NCBI GenBank assembly: GCA_036172245.1
Contig: JAYWIR010000014.1
Span: forward strand, 2,108,001 to 2,172,000
DNA length: 64,000 nucleotides
Direction of reading: 5' to 3'
DNA from: Raillietiella orientalis
Taxonomy: Eukaryota
A program made the position numbers and the translations under genes. Under the pieces are notes generated by a model that was given only the letters and a program-made list of their open reading frames with translations, did not search any database and was not told the DNA's origin. Positions 41,050 to 54,059 of this stretch are shown here, in pieces. Each line of letters starts with the position of its first letter. Within the stretch, counting starts at the first letter, position 1.

Positions 41050-43530
41050 AATTTCTCTCAGGTAAGACTTTAAAAAAATCTTAATAATAAAATTTCAATG
41101 CCACTAAGAGAAAGATAATGGAATATTAAGAACAGAAAGCAAATTTTTGATTCGAAAGTTATGATGAGAATTCTGGAGAAGCAGAGGTACAGCAACTGCT
41201 CCCGACCAAAACTCAAAACGCTTTGCTCATTTGCAGGCTGCACGGTTTTCACCCTCCTACACCTAAGACTGAGTTCCCAGTAAAGGATGCACTTTGCCTG
41301 GGGCTTGGAAGGATAGTTGTTGTCTTGTCTCTCTCCAAGATCCTACTACTGAAGTCTGCTGCAAGTTGTTTTAGCCGAAAGACACTTCCAATATATCTGG
41401 AGGGCATTGTGGTTTCCTCTTTGTGTCTAAAGGATGCCCGACGCAGAGTGACCTCGCTCAAAATGGCAGGTATCCTTGGAAATGAAGGGGAAAGTTTTTC
41501 ATTTCATATCCTCTTGAATGATTCAGTTTTCATGAAGTTTTCGACGATTCGTTATCGAACGGGTTAAGTGATGATTTGGTGAAAACGAAATTCCATGCAC
41601 ATTGCATGGAATTTAAGAAAATCTATCTCGAGTAACAACCATGCTTATTAGAATACGAACATCACATCCTTTAAAATATTCTTTCTGCTTCTTACATATC
41701 GAAACAAAAAAAGGAGCAGCATAACTTATGACGAGATGGTTCAACCTTCTCCTAAATTAAGTGAGCCATTGATTCGTTTGAGTCTTTTGGAAGATGTTGA
41801 CTAGTTATTGGATTAATACGGAAGTGTGTAGACGAAACTTCTCTTACTCACTACTCTCTATTAGTTGCTTGGGTTGTTTGATGATAAGCATAAAGATAAG
41901 AGTCGTAGGATGAGTAGTGATTCTACATTCAGAACATGGTTTGAACTGGCAACAGTAAATAAATCTTGCGTAGAATCAGCAGCAGTTGTGGCAAAACAGA
42001 TATCAAGTTGGCTTAAGATCTGGGAAAGAACCGGAAGACTGGAAGATATTTCCAACAAGCTGCTCATCTGATTCCGACTTCATGAGAAAAATCGATGCTT
42101 CCGCTTTCCAACATGAAAACACCATAAACTCAGCAGGCGTTGAAAGGCGAGTTTTGTGAAACACAGCCGAAGAACTCACAGCAGTCAATGGAAATAAGTT
42201 GCGAGGTTGCAAACCAAAACTAAGATTACCAATCACCACATTGGTCATCTCCACATGACCTCAGCCTCGTCGATCGAACGCCTTCGCTCGGTGATGGCTC
42301 ACTTGATGGAGAAAATAGTAAGTGAAAACGAAATCTTTCTAGCAGATCAACCTTCGGGGTCCGGAATGCGAACATCTTCCAGTGGACCTTCCAAGAATCG
42401 GAACCAATGTCTTTTTCGTAAATTGACTTCGAAAAAGTACTTGGTACCATATTGCTGCCTACGATGGGAATTTGTTAGAGAATAAACGAAGAGGGGTGCA
42501 CATGTCATTTGCATCGACGGCTGAAGAGCTCCATCTGCATAAGAGCTCAGCTGCATATGCCAACAAATGCCTTTGGAAGCAAAATGGAAAGAACGCTGTC
42601 TTCTTTCTGACACAGAGTTCTTAGTTGTTCATGGAATCCTGCTGCTATGCGTTAAACAAATTCAAATCTTCAAATTCGATGAAGGTTTGAGTCCATGGTA
42701 CTAAAAGGAAACTGCTCTCCGATATTCTCACTTAAAAGAATCACACAAGCTCTGGACTTGTTTTGCGAACAAATTATGATTTCGATGACTAAAGCTGACA
42801 AAATTGCACTGTGAAAGAAAGCATCTCCCAAAATGGAACACTGGAGAGGAATTCTCATGGTGGAGTTCCCTCAGGAAAGTTCCAGAAGCTCGGGTAGTGT
42901 TTGAAATTAAACGTTGCTTTGCGATTTTAGCAGGTAGCTTATATGATAAACAGGATCAAAAGCCCTTGCCGAAACTTGCAGTCACCCGGGAGTTCCACAT
43001 ACTGGAGTTTGCGTGGCCACGCGGTTCCGCCGTCACTCATTCGACCACTTCTTTATTAGGAAGCAAAGCCAAGAGAATCACCAAAGATGAGGATTTGGTC
43101 ATATCCCAAGTCGAAACTTTAAGCCAAAGAAAAATGTTAGTTTTCATCCATGAGTGTCTCATTTCATCCATCCTGAGTGGTTTCCGTTCCTAATTCCTAT
43201 GATGAAATCTCCCTTGACGTTCGTCTTTGTTCCAGAAAGACTTCTAACGTTCGGAACGTTTGGAAATTCTCCTCTGACGACTACTTGCCTGAGAGGAAGA
43301 AAGCCTTCTCCCTCCAACTTGCTATAACAATTTCCAAACGGTGCTTAATGTTGTCGTGAATTTCCAACTGACGACAGAATCCACTTTGCTGTTGAGAATC
43401 CCATTTAAGGTGCAACCGACCGACCACGATGCCTCCGTCAATCGGAAATTGGAACCTTTGCTTGCTTAGCGGTTCGCATTCGAGCAAGAACAAAGTTGGA
43501 TTCCTGGGAAGTTCTCGCTTGGTTGCCATA
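41050..43530 (-). pseudogene. Degenerate Nipped-B/NIPBL-like fragment (C-terminal half)
   Basis: Collinear: QLEIHDNIKHRLEIVIASWREKAFFLSGK (~RLDMQRGVHGRLMDNSTSVREAAVELLGR), LQCSILGD (~TKCSTQND), TNVVIGNLSFGLQ (~TKAIIGLGFAFIQ), LKQ...SPRQSA (~LKQ...SPSESA). Confidence 0.7.
42255..43130 (+). pseudogene. Degenerate CAP-like fragment (N-terminal half)
   Basis: IERLRSVMAHLME (~VERLERAVGRLE), CQQMP (~CQQP), IQIFKFDEGLSPWY (~IQDFREKHRSSPFF), REFHILEFAWPRG (~KEFHTTGLAWSKTG). Confidence 0.65.
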
Positions 43531-43599
43531 TACTGCGTGGATTTCGATTTTCATCAGGGATGGACATGAACTGTTCATTTTGCTCTACGAACTCGAAGT

Positions 43600-45136
43600 A
43601 TGACGAAGGATCTGGCTGCTAGATGGGCACGCAGCGTCGGACAACGGAGCACGCAGGCGCGCCAGCCACGTGCTCGTGCGAGCGAACACGAAAGCTGAGA
43701 CTTCCGCAAGCTGGACGACTGGCTTTCGGCGACGAGCCCCTCCCATTCGTGGACTTGCGGTGGGGACCTGCGGGATCCAGGATCCGCCTCAAAGACTTGG
43801 CGGCTCCACATCGGGATGGCATCCTGACCTTTGACAGAATCGGACTGCAAGTGCAGTTCCGAATGTGTGCCAAGCTGTGACTTCCCCGTCGTGCGCTCCT
43901 GCACGCATTATCCTACGGAGAAGCGCCGGCAGCGAGCTATTATTCTCTCTGGTGCCAGGCACTCAATACAGGATCCGGGGATTCGGCTCCCTACTAAGAC
44001 AACTCGCGTCGCTACCGGAAGTCCACTCGTGGATCTCCTGCCGCCCAGTAAACTACAATTCTTGGCGTCAGGAGGCTGCTGAGTCCTGGACTGCGTTCCA
44101 GAGAATGCTCCCTAAAGATCTTTGCCCCCTGCAACATCTCCTACCTCCACCGCTGGGACAAGTAATGCACGACGCGGTGAAATTTTCAACTCTTGCCGCA
44201 GCGCTGTCTGCCTTCAGGGCAAGAGAGGACAGCAGCTTATCGGCGAGGTGGGAGCTTTCCTGCATCATCGCGGGAAAAACCAACTTTCCTTGGCGGCTGG
44301 AAAATGCGCAAGCTGGCGGATGCTGCCACTCCACGTGCAGAGTCGACGAGACTCCTTCGGTGGGGCGAACTTTTGAGTGTTGCCCCTGAAGAAATTGTGG
44401 TCCCTCCCTATTGTGTGGACTGTTCGTTGTTCCCCCCTCGCTTGGAAGCAGGCCGTGCTACTCTTCATACACCGGCGATTCCAGTATATTGAGCGACGAC
44501 ATCGAGTTTCCGGAAGGGTTGTACGTGCGAACTGTGGCACAGGCTTTGGACTCCGGTGCCCTCCAAGAACTGAAGCAGAAAGTGGCAACAGCTCTTCTGC
44601 AACAGGAGGATACCGCAACAGACGTACTACAGCGTTTCTTTGCTCTTGGAGGCCTCTCCACAGGTGCCATTATTGCAGCCATGGGTTGCATCCGCGCCAT
44701 CGTTTCGGCCCGATAGTTGCAGGATGGGGCTTCAAAGGGAGGCCATCAGGATAGCAGCCACTCACATCGGGCGGCTGCCAGGTGGCTTCGCCTGAGAGAA
44801 GCAAAAGATCATCGACATCCAACTCCGGTTGATGGATGATTTGGAAGGCGAATCCGGTAATCCTTGTCTTCTCCCTCCCTTTACTTCTTTTTTTTCAAAT
44901 CTGCCGTTCCCTTACGCTCCGTAACTTTCTTGGTATTTTTTGTTTTTATCGCGGTGATTGCGGTGCTTCACCCAAGATCCGAACCCCTTCGCTCCCGTTT
45001 TTTTTTGTTATTGTGCCTTTGTACTTCCCCCGTTCCGGACTTTCCGTCTACCTGGTCTGCGTGCTGGTGGGCCCTTTCCTATGTTTCTTTCTTCTCTTGG
45101 TCGCGGACTTTGTTCCCGATTTGTTTATTTAATAAA
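43600..45136 (+). mobile_element. 5'-truncated L1/Tx1-like LINE 3' end (thumb + zf-RVT, pyrimidine-rich 3' UTR, AATAAA at 45131)
   Basis: CHSTCRVDETPSVGRTFECCP zinc-finger-like motif. Shares LRQLA..W.SCRPVNYN with ~59300-59470 and AAALSA..ARWELSC with 56560-56650. Confidence 0.6.
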
Positions 45137-45149
45137 CGCCCGGTGTGAC

Positions 45150-45700
45150 TGCGTGATAAACTTCCGGTCTCCTTCGTCACAAGAACGATGTTGTTGTCAG
45201 GACGACCGCCGGCGCGGTTTCCACGTGGAACGATTTGACAACGGACTGGAATTTTTGGATTCGACGAGGAGCTTCCGTCGCCATGAAGTAGCTGTCCTAG
45301 TTCTATGTTTTCGTTAGAGTGTTTTGATTCTGTCGGTGCAAGCTGTGGAAGCAAGCAGCCCGAACACCCACACAAAGTGAGTCCCGCTTCCTTCCGTTCG
45401 CTCCATTCCCGAGCGCATTCGGGACGCTCGCCCGGATACAGGGAAAGGCGCTTTCACGGAGAGTAGCGCCCGCTCCGGCAACCTACTGCTCCTGGGTACT
45501 ATTTCTACTAACGTGTTTTCTTCCCTCTCATCTTAATTCTTCACCGCTGCTTCTCGGGAGTTTTCTTCTTGGCTTTCTTCCCAAAGTATGGAAGTCCGTG
45601 GGACTTCCACGGACACCATGTTCTGTCCGTTGTCAGGTTGCAGCCTCCCAGCTTGATCATTCTGAACCCCATGGTTTAGCAGGAATTTCCTTGTTAACAA
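45150..45700 (-). pseudogene. Degenerate NIPBL-like fragment (early HEAT region)
   Basis: LLASTACTDRIKTL resembles LLAAACTDYISKFYVEN of the 62.2 kb copy; its position fits between the 47.3 kb and 43.5 kb pieces. Confidence 0.4.
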
Positions 45701-45719
45701 AGCCAACGGGAAAGTTCCA

Positions 45720-47185
45720 AAACGAACAACAGAAACCCACATTGAGATGAAAAAAGGGAACATCCCGTGCAATGTTCTGTCAGAGGCATTCAGTTACCTA
45801 GGCAAACCCTTCGATGTCAAGGTATTTCACCCACGTCCGTCCAAGGAGGACATTTGCCAGAAAGCGAGTGCCATTCCAGATAGTGGGCTTTCGGGATGCC
45901 AGAACATGGATGCAATCCAAACATTTTCCTTTCTTTGGCTAGTTCTCTACAAGAGAACGAAGGAAAGGAAGTGTGGCACTATATGGATGGGGAAATCCGT
46001 CGCAAGGACAAGAAAGCCTTGTACTCTCCCCATCCTGGATAGCCAATCCATACCTCTACGGAGAGGAAAGCAAAGGTTGCGTAGGACTGATGAAGCTAAG
46101 CAACGGGTCAGTTATGTTGAGCTTGGGCAGCTGCTTCCAGTTACCTCATCGGACAATGCGGTCAAAAGATTAGCGCATGAAACTCGAGACGAAGTGGTCA
46201 AAAGAGAATCTGGGAAGCCCGACAGAAGAAAGTCTCCAGAATTCGTGACAAGGATTACGTATAGGAATAAAATACAATGCGAGAAGGACCTAGAGAGCCT
46301 TTGGACTGAAGGAGGAAAGGTCTCGAGAAGAACAAAAGCACGATGGAATTTCAAGGAAGGAGAATTGAGTATAACGGTCGAGAGCCTCATCCTCACCAGC
46401 AGCCCGGGAAGAAGGTTTACCTCCGTCGTGAGTACACTGTAGAGGGAACAAGCATGCCAGTCCTCAATCCAAAATCACATGAATCAAAGGAAAGCCATGC
46501 AGTGAGTGGGCATGCATCACGCTTGCAGCTTTTTCCACATTAGTGGATACCATCGGAGATTCCAGGTTCCGAAATGGTTTCGCGCAGAGAGACTCAACGT
46601 GCTACCAATCCACGACGGACTAAGAGGAAACCAGAAGAACCCATATTTCGATGTTGCGAAACGTTGTGCCACATACTGAATGGATGCCAAAGACTCCTTT
46701 TTCTGTCCATGGCACGCCAGGACACGGCTCATCAGAACGAATGCAGTGGATGAAGCAAACTAGAGCCTAGAGTCAAGAAAGCAGAGGGTACCAAAAACAA
46801 CTTTTACCCAAAAAACCAGTTCTGGTATGAGAAGAGAAAACTGCATATGTGCGCTCGACGTCAGCTGGCACGCGAAAATGAAAAGGGAACTCTCAGGACA
46901 GCCAGGAAGATCATGGAAGGGAAGTACAAGGACGTAGCACCACTGCTAGGAAAAGGCGGAAAGCGAAATAAAAAAACCGCGTCCATCGCTGGCTCTCTGG
47001 GTGCGTGGGACCCTGGTAACGAAAAAGTATTCCAAGATATGGGAATACCAAAGATGAAGCTGATGGAACTGAGACAAGGGATGTTGACTGCGTGTATGCG
47101 GTATTCAAGTGATATCTATGCAGCCCACGTCATAAGGAAAACCGACAGGCAGCCGGAGAATGCCGACAATCTTCTCTCAGCATAG
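45720..47185 (+). mobile_element. Degenerate NeSL/Utopia-type (R2-group) non-LTR retrotransposon: RT end, CCHC and restriction-like endonuclease
   Basis: FSYLGKP (RT end), LWTEGGKVSRR, RLNVLPI, RCCETLCHILNGC (CCHC), ARKIMEGKY, GSLGAWDPGNEKV, YSSDIYAAHV: the motif order typical of NeSL/Utopia ORFs. Stops and frameshifts present. Confidence 0.8.
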
Positions 47186-47309
47186 GAAAGCCAGGGAGTG
47201 GAAGAATCACCCTGAAGAAGAGTGAAGAGTGTCCCAAGTGAAGAGAGAAATAAGTGTGAAAGAAAGTCCAGAGCCCTCCTGCAAAAAGTCTGTGAATGCA
47301 CGCATGAGA

Positions 47310-48010
47310 AGTAAAGTTTACATCTTCGAGGTGATCAAGATGAGATAAGAAGATGCGCTGACCTCACTCGTATTTCAGTCTCAAATGAAATTATAGAAAA
47401 GGCCTTGACTCATCCATAAAGATGATTTTTATCTTTCGTTCGCTTCCCATTTTCGTGATTTCGCAAGTTGCATTGGCACACTTTTTACCAAGAGAACTTC
47501 CCTCGTTGCAATTGCGAACGTCAGCACGCACAGTGATTCGCCTTCTCGATCCGGTCTCGAATTTTCGAGAGGCCGTTTTGCCGCCAGAAATAGGTATTAC
47601 TGCATGCTGCAATTCTGGAATCTTTTTCTTCTTCCTGTTTATGCTTTGCAAAGATTCCAATACCTCTCACCGTGGCGTGCTGCAAACTGCAGTTTCAGTC
47701 TTCATCTTCGGATGAGGAATTCTGGTTTCGCCATTTACCGATTTCCTTTATTTGTATCCATATTGAAGTATTCCAGGCATATCCAATACTGAGATACAGA
47801 AAATCGTTGCGAGGGCTGCATTTGCACGCCATTCACATGGTCCGGAGCGGCGACCTCACGATACATGGCAGCAAGTGGGGTGTTCTCTGGAGGCATGAAT
47901 CAGTCAGGGGCCCATCGCAGAATGAATGGGTTCTGAGCAGTGTAATGAAGGCATGAAGCCTGACAAGAGCTTGCCCTTGTTATCGATAGTGATCGAGGGC
48001 ACTTTCTTTT
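47310..48010 (-). pseudogene. Degenerate NIPBL-like N-terminal fragment
   Basis: VPSITI..LSGFMPSL (~N-terminal VPITTL..LTDLLPEL) and LDHLEDVNFT at ~47340-47310 (~LDNLEDMDFT). Confidence 0.6.
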
Positions 48011-48249
48011 TCCTTTTGTTTTAGACTAGCCTTACGAATATCGTTTCGTGACGTCACATTATCCAGCCCATTTGTTACCGTGCTTCGGAGGCGACTCGAG
48101 AGTCATCGGTCGACCCACTCGAGAGTAGTTAACCTAGCCAAACCTACCTGGTGCCATTTTACCTGAACTGACTTGGAAAGGAAGTGGAAAAGTGCTTTGC
48201 TTGCTGATGCATGACGGTGAAATTCTTTCATGAAACTCGAATCCGTACA

Positions 48250-48980
48250 CCAAGTGGTCTACGCACCAAGTTCACGCTGACCCGCTTCTTTGTCGCAGGC
48301 AGGAAGATGCACACACACCAACTCCCTCAGGGAACTGCGTACTGCCCGAAGTGATGCTACATTTTGACATGCTGTTCAAAGGCGATTCACGCAGAAGTCG
48401 CTTACTCGCGAATTCGGATTCACGGAACTGGCGTTGCCTGCGTCACAGAATGCTCGCACTCATTCGTGCAGTCGCGAAAGCAATGACTCACACACATGCG
48501 CAACGTACATGATGATCCTTGAGGAAACCAGGAACGCGTGCTTTCAATGTAGCGTCCGACCAACTCAGTTCCCAGCGCGTGGCGTACTGACTGACGACCA
48601 AACTACCGAATTACGGAACCAGGAAGAAGGATTTCAAAAAACAACGGGAGAAATAATTTCGGATGACTTGGGGGGACTACAAGAACTGAAAAATCTTGAT
48701 TGGAGAAAAGAATAATGTTTCCGATACTCCGCCTGTTTTTTTGTGTATCAATTAGCAGCTCACAGGCAGGAACTTTCACTTGCCCAATGCACGGCTCGAG
48801 ACTCATCACTGCGCTGCGGAGCTTCAGTGACTTCACGTCCGCAGCAGAGTATCTGCTCCGCAACGATCTCTGTTGCCTAGCAACAGAGATTTGTTCTCAC
48901 GAAAGGCCAGCCAACCTCGACAGGAACATTCGAGAGGAACATACAACCTCGATCACCACTCTCTCCTGGTTCAAACGACG
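48250..48980 (+). pseudogene. Degenerate NIPBL-like fragment in inverted orientation
   Basis: TRFFV (~TPFFV), LPASQNAR (~LPTSKRSL), FQCSV (~IQCVV), AAEYLL at 48841 (~AAELLL), in correct order. Confidence 0.6.
48600..48960 (-). pseudogene. Degenerate CAP C-terminal (CARP) domain-like fragment
   Basis: QVKVP...IILFSNQDFSVLV...FFEILLP (~QVMGKVP...IVSAKSSEMNVLI...FNEFPVP). Confidence 0.4.
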
Positions 48981-49649
48981 ATCTCGCCGGGAGCCACCCT
49001 TCACCCCGAGGGCGCTCCCGGATGCAGAACCGTGTCGCCCTTCCTTCCCCACCCCCGAAATCCAGAGTTGCCTTTGGCGTGCCAAGGGGAGTGGTGTGTG
49101 ACGTCAGTACCCTCGCCTCCCCAACTTTGGAATTTTCCCTTTCCGGAAGCGCCCCTGCATCTCCGGCCGTCCACCTGCCTCTTCGACAGATTGGTGCTCC
49201 CTTTGCCGGTTGATGCGTTGTAGCGCCCGGCAGCCTTCTTCAGGACATCTTCGTGTGTGCAGCGCCCGCTACCGCCGGGCGAGCCTGCCGCAAGCTGGCG
49301 AGCTTTTCCTTCATCTCCTTGGCTCCCGAAAGCGACCAATCTTCCTCGTCCCGGAAGTAAGAACTTCCCGTCTTCCCCCATCGGATTCCTGGTTCTTCTG
49401 AAGCGTGCCACTGCAAGCGTTCCGGTGCGTCGGGCACTAGGTCCAGTAGGTTGAGTTGCCCAGGCGATTCCGCCTGTCTGTAGGTTGCCTCGGCCTGCGG
49501 GCAGTCCTCGCGGGATGGTCCGTTTCGTGTATGCCCACGTTGCCCTTCAACTGGTTCGAAATTTCCAGGCTTTAAATTAACCCACAACTCTTTTGGGGGA
49601 AAATTCGTCGAGGAGGAGAAGCAGTGGTGCTCTCCTTTTTAACAAAATT

Positions 49650-52600
49650 CTCATGCTTTCTTCAGGCTGTCGAATCTCCTAGTGGACTTTTTCTAAGCAT
49701 CTCAAAAATCAGAAGGAATGAAAAAAAAGTATTTGTGTTGATTCTTCAATGGTAATTTGTGAAAGCACCTGAAAAGATTTCTCAACATACAAATGTGGCT
49801 GTGGATTGTAGTATTTTACTACTGAGTTGTTGATTCTTGATTTAATTTAATTTTTTCTTTTTAACTTGGATTATTTGATTAATTTCCGCATGTTGGAATC
49901 CTAGTTATAAATCATGATAGTCTTGCTTGAAAAGAATAATCCATTAGAAGAGTTGTAGGTATGCTGCTTTTAGCAGCCTCGAAAGAACGTAATTCGACTA
50001 ATTTCAAGAGTTGTGACCTCTTCTATGCCAATTCTATATTAGATGTAATGAACCTTATAAAGATTTATTATGCGCATTTTTAATGCTCATCCAACAAGAG
50101 GTTTTTTCATAATACTCAGCTCCGCTGTCTCTCCTGCCTCAAATGCTTCTAAGAAATCAGGGTAGGTCTCTTAACATAGCAGCATCCCCCATACCTTCAG
50201 AGTGAGTGACTTATTATTGATCCAGATCAAATACATTGAAATGAATTCGTTTTTATTTGTCATAAAAATATCGTAAGTCCATTTGCTTGATTCTTCAAGA
50301 TTCTGAATCTGTCTCTAATTTGGAGAATAATATTTAAAAATTGTTACTGCTGTGATAAAGTTACCAATCTTTAACAAAGCAACAGCTAAACTACAGTTCA
50401 ACTCAAACAAAATTAGTTTGAGTTCTTGAAACCGCACATATTTCACGTAAGCATACTAAACATACTCTATGTAGCTTTTGCAAAACTGTTGGTGCTGGAA
50501 GGTTTCTTGATTAATACTGAAAATAGCTAATATAAAGTACTGATCACGAGATAATTCTTTTTGTTATAAATGTGCAAACAATAGAATGATGTGATTATTC
50601 TTTTCCATCTATTTAAAGCTGTATCAGCATTTATAAATACCAAGATTTATTACAGAATATATAAATATCAATATACATAGGCAAGAATCAGTTGTATCTA
50701 TGTGAGCTAACCTTTCATTTTATCATCGTTGTGTTTGTTAGCAGTGCAAATCTATTCCACTGAAAACACAGTTGCATTTGCTGCCATTTATATTGTTCTG
50801 ATTCCTGGATAGGGTCTTGCTGCATGCTTTCTGTTGAAGTAATTGCAATATTCATCTGATGTTCTAGATAATGGTCATGTCAACTGAATGCATCCTAACC
50901 CTCTACCTTAGGATAATAATTAAATAACTGACAGCCCTTGGTAAATAATTACCAAACATATGAATAGCTTCCATGTAATTTTGCTGCCAAATTTTCAAAA
51001 ATAATCTGTCCTTATCAAAATAAAAGTGCATCTTTTATTCACAAATTCACCTGTCTGATTCTTTAGTTCTTTTGTTAGTGATTCCCATGTCATCATGGGT
51101 GGAATCCACTGTTTCAAGTTGTAAGTAATCATCACTTGATCAAGAAACCAGAAATGGTAGAAAAATGAATACTGAAAACGATGCTACCATACATAAATTA
51201 TTGTCAGACTGCCTGTATGGAATAGAATTATGATACTGTATTACACTATCTTTTATCCTAGTGTTTAAAACCACTCCACAACTACATCTTTAGGTGCTGG
51301 TAATGGAGCAAACAGCATCTCATCTCCTTGAATGGACATATAAAGAAAAAGACTCTACGGAGCATGACAACACTAGAAAATAGCATCCAATGCTTCATGT
51401 GAGTAAGGCTGGATGAAAGAGAGCCTTGATTTATCATAGCAGGATGTAGAAACCATCTCTTGATGATAGTATTTTATTTGTTCATCATTGTTGCGTATCA
51501 AGAGTCCATAAAAATCGCAATAATTAATAAAGTGAAATGAGTGACCAAGGAGGTTCAGATTCATTCAAGCATTTTTAAGATCTGAGTTTTATCAGGCTAC
51601 ATTCAAACACATACTGCTTATGCTTAACATGTGCAGACTTCTTAATATGCTCGGAACTTGATTTCCATCTCAAATATCATGGTTTTCACCTTTTTACAGT
51701 ACATACTTCAGGATCAATGAACTTTCACGCAATTCCCTCCCTGCTATTCGAAATCTACTCCCACGTTTACATACAAAATACCATGGCAATAAGCTTGGGG
51801 TACAGGTAACCGCTACATCAGCCAACATCATGAAACAGGTGTTTAGGTGAGAAAACCTGGGTGATAAGTAAGTACAACATAGGAATTGAATCAAGGTGAG
51901 GAGTTTGCGAGAGACAGCACCGCGATGCAGTACTTCCATGGAGAGCACGAGTGGGTGACGAACACGACCAGTGCCGAGGAATCGTTCTTTCAATCAGTTT
52001 TCAAGTTAAGCACAGGAGAGGGACACTGAAAGCGACAGAAGATTGAAGGATCGGGGCTATCCCGTCGAACGGCAAAAAGTGTAGGCGAAGATATGGAACC
52101 AGGGACTGTCAATAGGCACACACTCACGCGAACAGTTATCTGCTTTGTCTAATTAAGATACCACTTCGTCTTACGCTCCTTGATGAATGTCAATTATAGT
52201 ACTTACAAAGAGCCTTTAATATACCACCGTCATCTCATTCCCACCACTAGCTCAATGGACATTCAGGTACTACTAACCAGGGTTGCCACAAGCTTCTATT
52301 TTTTGGTTTCCAGGTCACGATTTGAACAGCCAGCGACTTCCACTCGCACCACTTCAAAAACGATCAACACCAGCAATTCGATTTCGTCCCGAATTTCTCT
52401 ATTCTGAGACTCCGGATGAGTTGCTTTCTCTGTTGGTCTTAAAGAGATTTGAAGCGATCAGTTTTCTCGATTTGTTTTTTTTCTTTCCAATCTGTTTAGC
52501 ATCAACAGCATGTTATCTAGCAAAGACTTGACCGTTATGAAGGCTGAATGCCTTCAATATGGATCCGCTGTCCATGGCAAACTGAAAGACGTTATTTCTA

Positions 52601-53030
52601 TTCCACTGCGCTCGTGAGATTGAATCAAAGTAAACATTCATTCTCAGTCAATGAATGGAATCGTAGTTGTAGAAGATGGAATGATGATTCATCAGAGTAT
52701 CCCTATTCGAGCCAACTTGTTTTGGCGCCTGTAAAAATCAAGAATGACAACAACGAAACTGAGCAAGACAATCGTAACAAGACATTGCAATCTTGTTTCC
52801 AGAAGTTTCGGTCCTAGTGTTCTTAAACGATCACATCAAGGGTGAAGTCCTAAAAAGTTCATCATCAGTAAAAGGAATGCAGAAATGAAAGTAGCAGGAA
52901 ACAAATCAGTATGTGTGCACCGAAGATGATTTCACAAATCAGCAATTTTCCCCAGGCCGACATACGGTGGGGTGAATTTATTTTCTACTCTCATTCATAC
53001 AAGTGTTGGTCAATGTCACTGTTTTTCACT
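49650..53030 (-). pseudogene. Long degenerate NIPBL-like copy (most of the HEAT region)
   Basis: Collinear: LLDNMLLMLNRLERKK (~ILEEIFTSLARLPTSK), Y*RLFVSTIIDI (~YRPLFENFVQDL), LADVAVTCTPSLL..LRESSL (~LSEVVAVDPSIL..VREAAV), LIRNNDEQIK (~MIRRVNDEEGIK), KLHGSYSYVW*LF (~KVTQNFKFVWACF), SQITIE (~SKITEE). Confidence 0.7.
52300..52720 (+). pseudogene. Degenerate CAP-like fragment
   Basis: FYSTALVRLNQSKHSFSVNEWNRS (~FYTNRVLKEWKEKDVTHVEWARA). Confidence 0.4.
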
Positions 53031-53179
53031 TCTAGGGTTGGTCTGCGGACATCCAGTCACTGAATTTGTGTGGGGAAATCACTCACTTGACAATGTTCCT
53101 GAATCTTTCGCAGGATATAACAGTACGTCCAAGTGGGAATACGTCCACAGCTCCTTATCCCAATATTCCTTTTCACTAA

Positions 53180-53760
53180 ACATTTCAGTATTTCCCCAGC
53201 GGGCACACTGTTTATTCCGGTCCGCATTTTTGCCCTTCTCACCACGATGCTCGTGATAAAGAGGGCGATGGTGATGCGGACCATTGGGTTGTATCGAGGA
53301 ACATCGTTGCCGTTCCTTTCAAGCATCCCTGCCAGGATCTCCATCTTGTCCATCCTCTGCGGGCCTCTCATTCCCTCCAGCTTGACCCAGTCCCGGCGTA
53401 GTGTCGGGAAGGTGAATACGTGGAGTTGGGTATCCCTGGCTCTATAGACCTTGCACATCTCGTCCTGCGCGTTGCCTGACCAGTGCCTCCTCCTCATGCC
53501 GCTCAGGATGCCTCCGTGATAAAACATCAGAAGGTTATCCCGAGTGTCGGGTAGTAAATCGGTTCTCCAGACCACGGTTCCAACCGCCAGCGAATTCACC
53601 TGGAGGCATCCGTATCGGCTGGCAGCCGCATACAGAACGTCCCCCAAGTCGAAATTCTTCATGATAGCTTGCTGGAAATTTGCTCTGGGATCCCGGAATA
53701 GGAGGCATCCTCGAATCCAGAAGGAAAGGATCCCTTACAAATGCGTTCTTCATGAGTCGT
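53180..53760 (-). mobile_element. L1/Tx1-like LINE 3' fragment (zf-RVT region)
   Basis: VWRTDLLPDTRDNLLMFYHGGILSG...CKVYRARDTQLHVFTFP..RRDW matches the zf-RVT pattern W......R..L..H.....C..C...T..H.F.C....W. Confidence 0.65.
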
Positions 53761-54059
53761 TGCGCTCAGTGCGCAGCACGACTGTGGAGAATTGTTTCGT
53801 CAGTGAGCAGATGGTTGGTATCGGTTCTGGTTTTCGTTTCTCTGGGGCAATTGGCATGGATCCGGAGATTCGATGTTTCGCGTATATCTTGAAGATCCGT
53901 GTATGCGTCCATCTGAATATACACACTTGCGTGCGAGCATGTGTACACCTACTTTGAGCAGTGAATGCGCGTGTGTGGGCACGGATGCTCGTGCTGCCTG
54001 AGTGCCTAGCGAAAAGGAAGGAAAACAAAGAGAGGAAAACATTGTACTGAACATTGGCT

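Noticed and set aside
42347..42858. Possible telomerase/Penelope RT (SYADG, VNLRK, CSILG)
   Set aside because: No complete RT motif set with correct spacing; flanking peptides fit a collinear NIPBL relic better.
51130..51340. Chitin synthase-like peptide (GD..F.P...VW..FQY..H)
   Set aside because: No EDR/QRRRW motifs, and the segment is embedded in a collinear NIPBL-like series.
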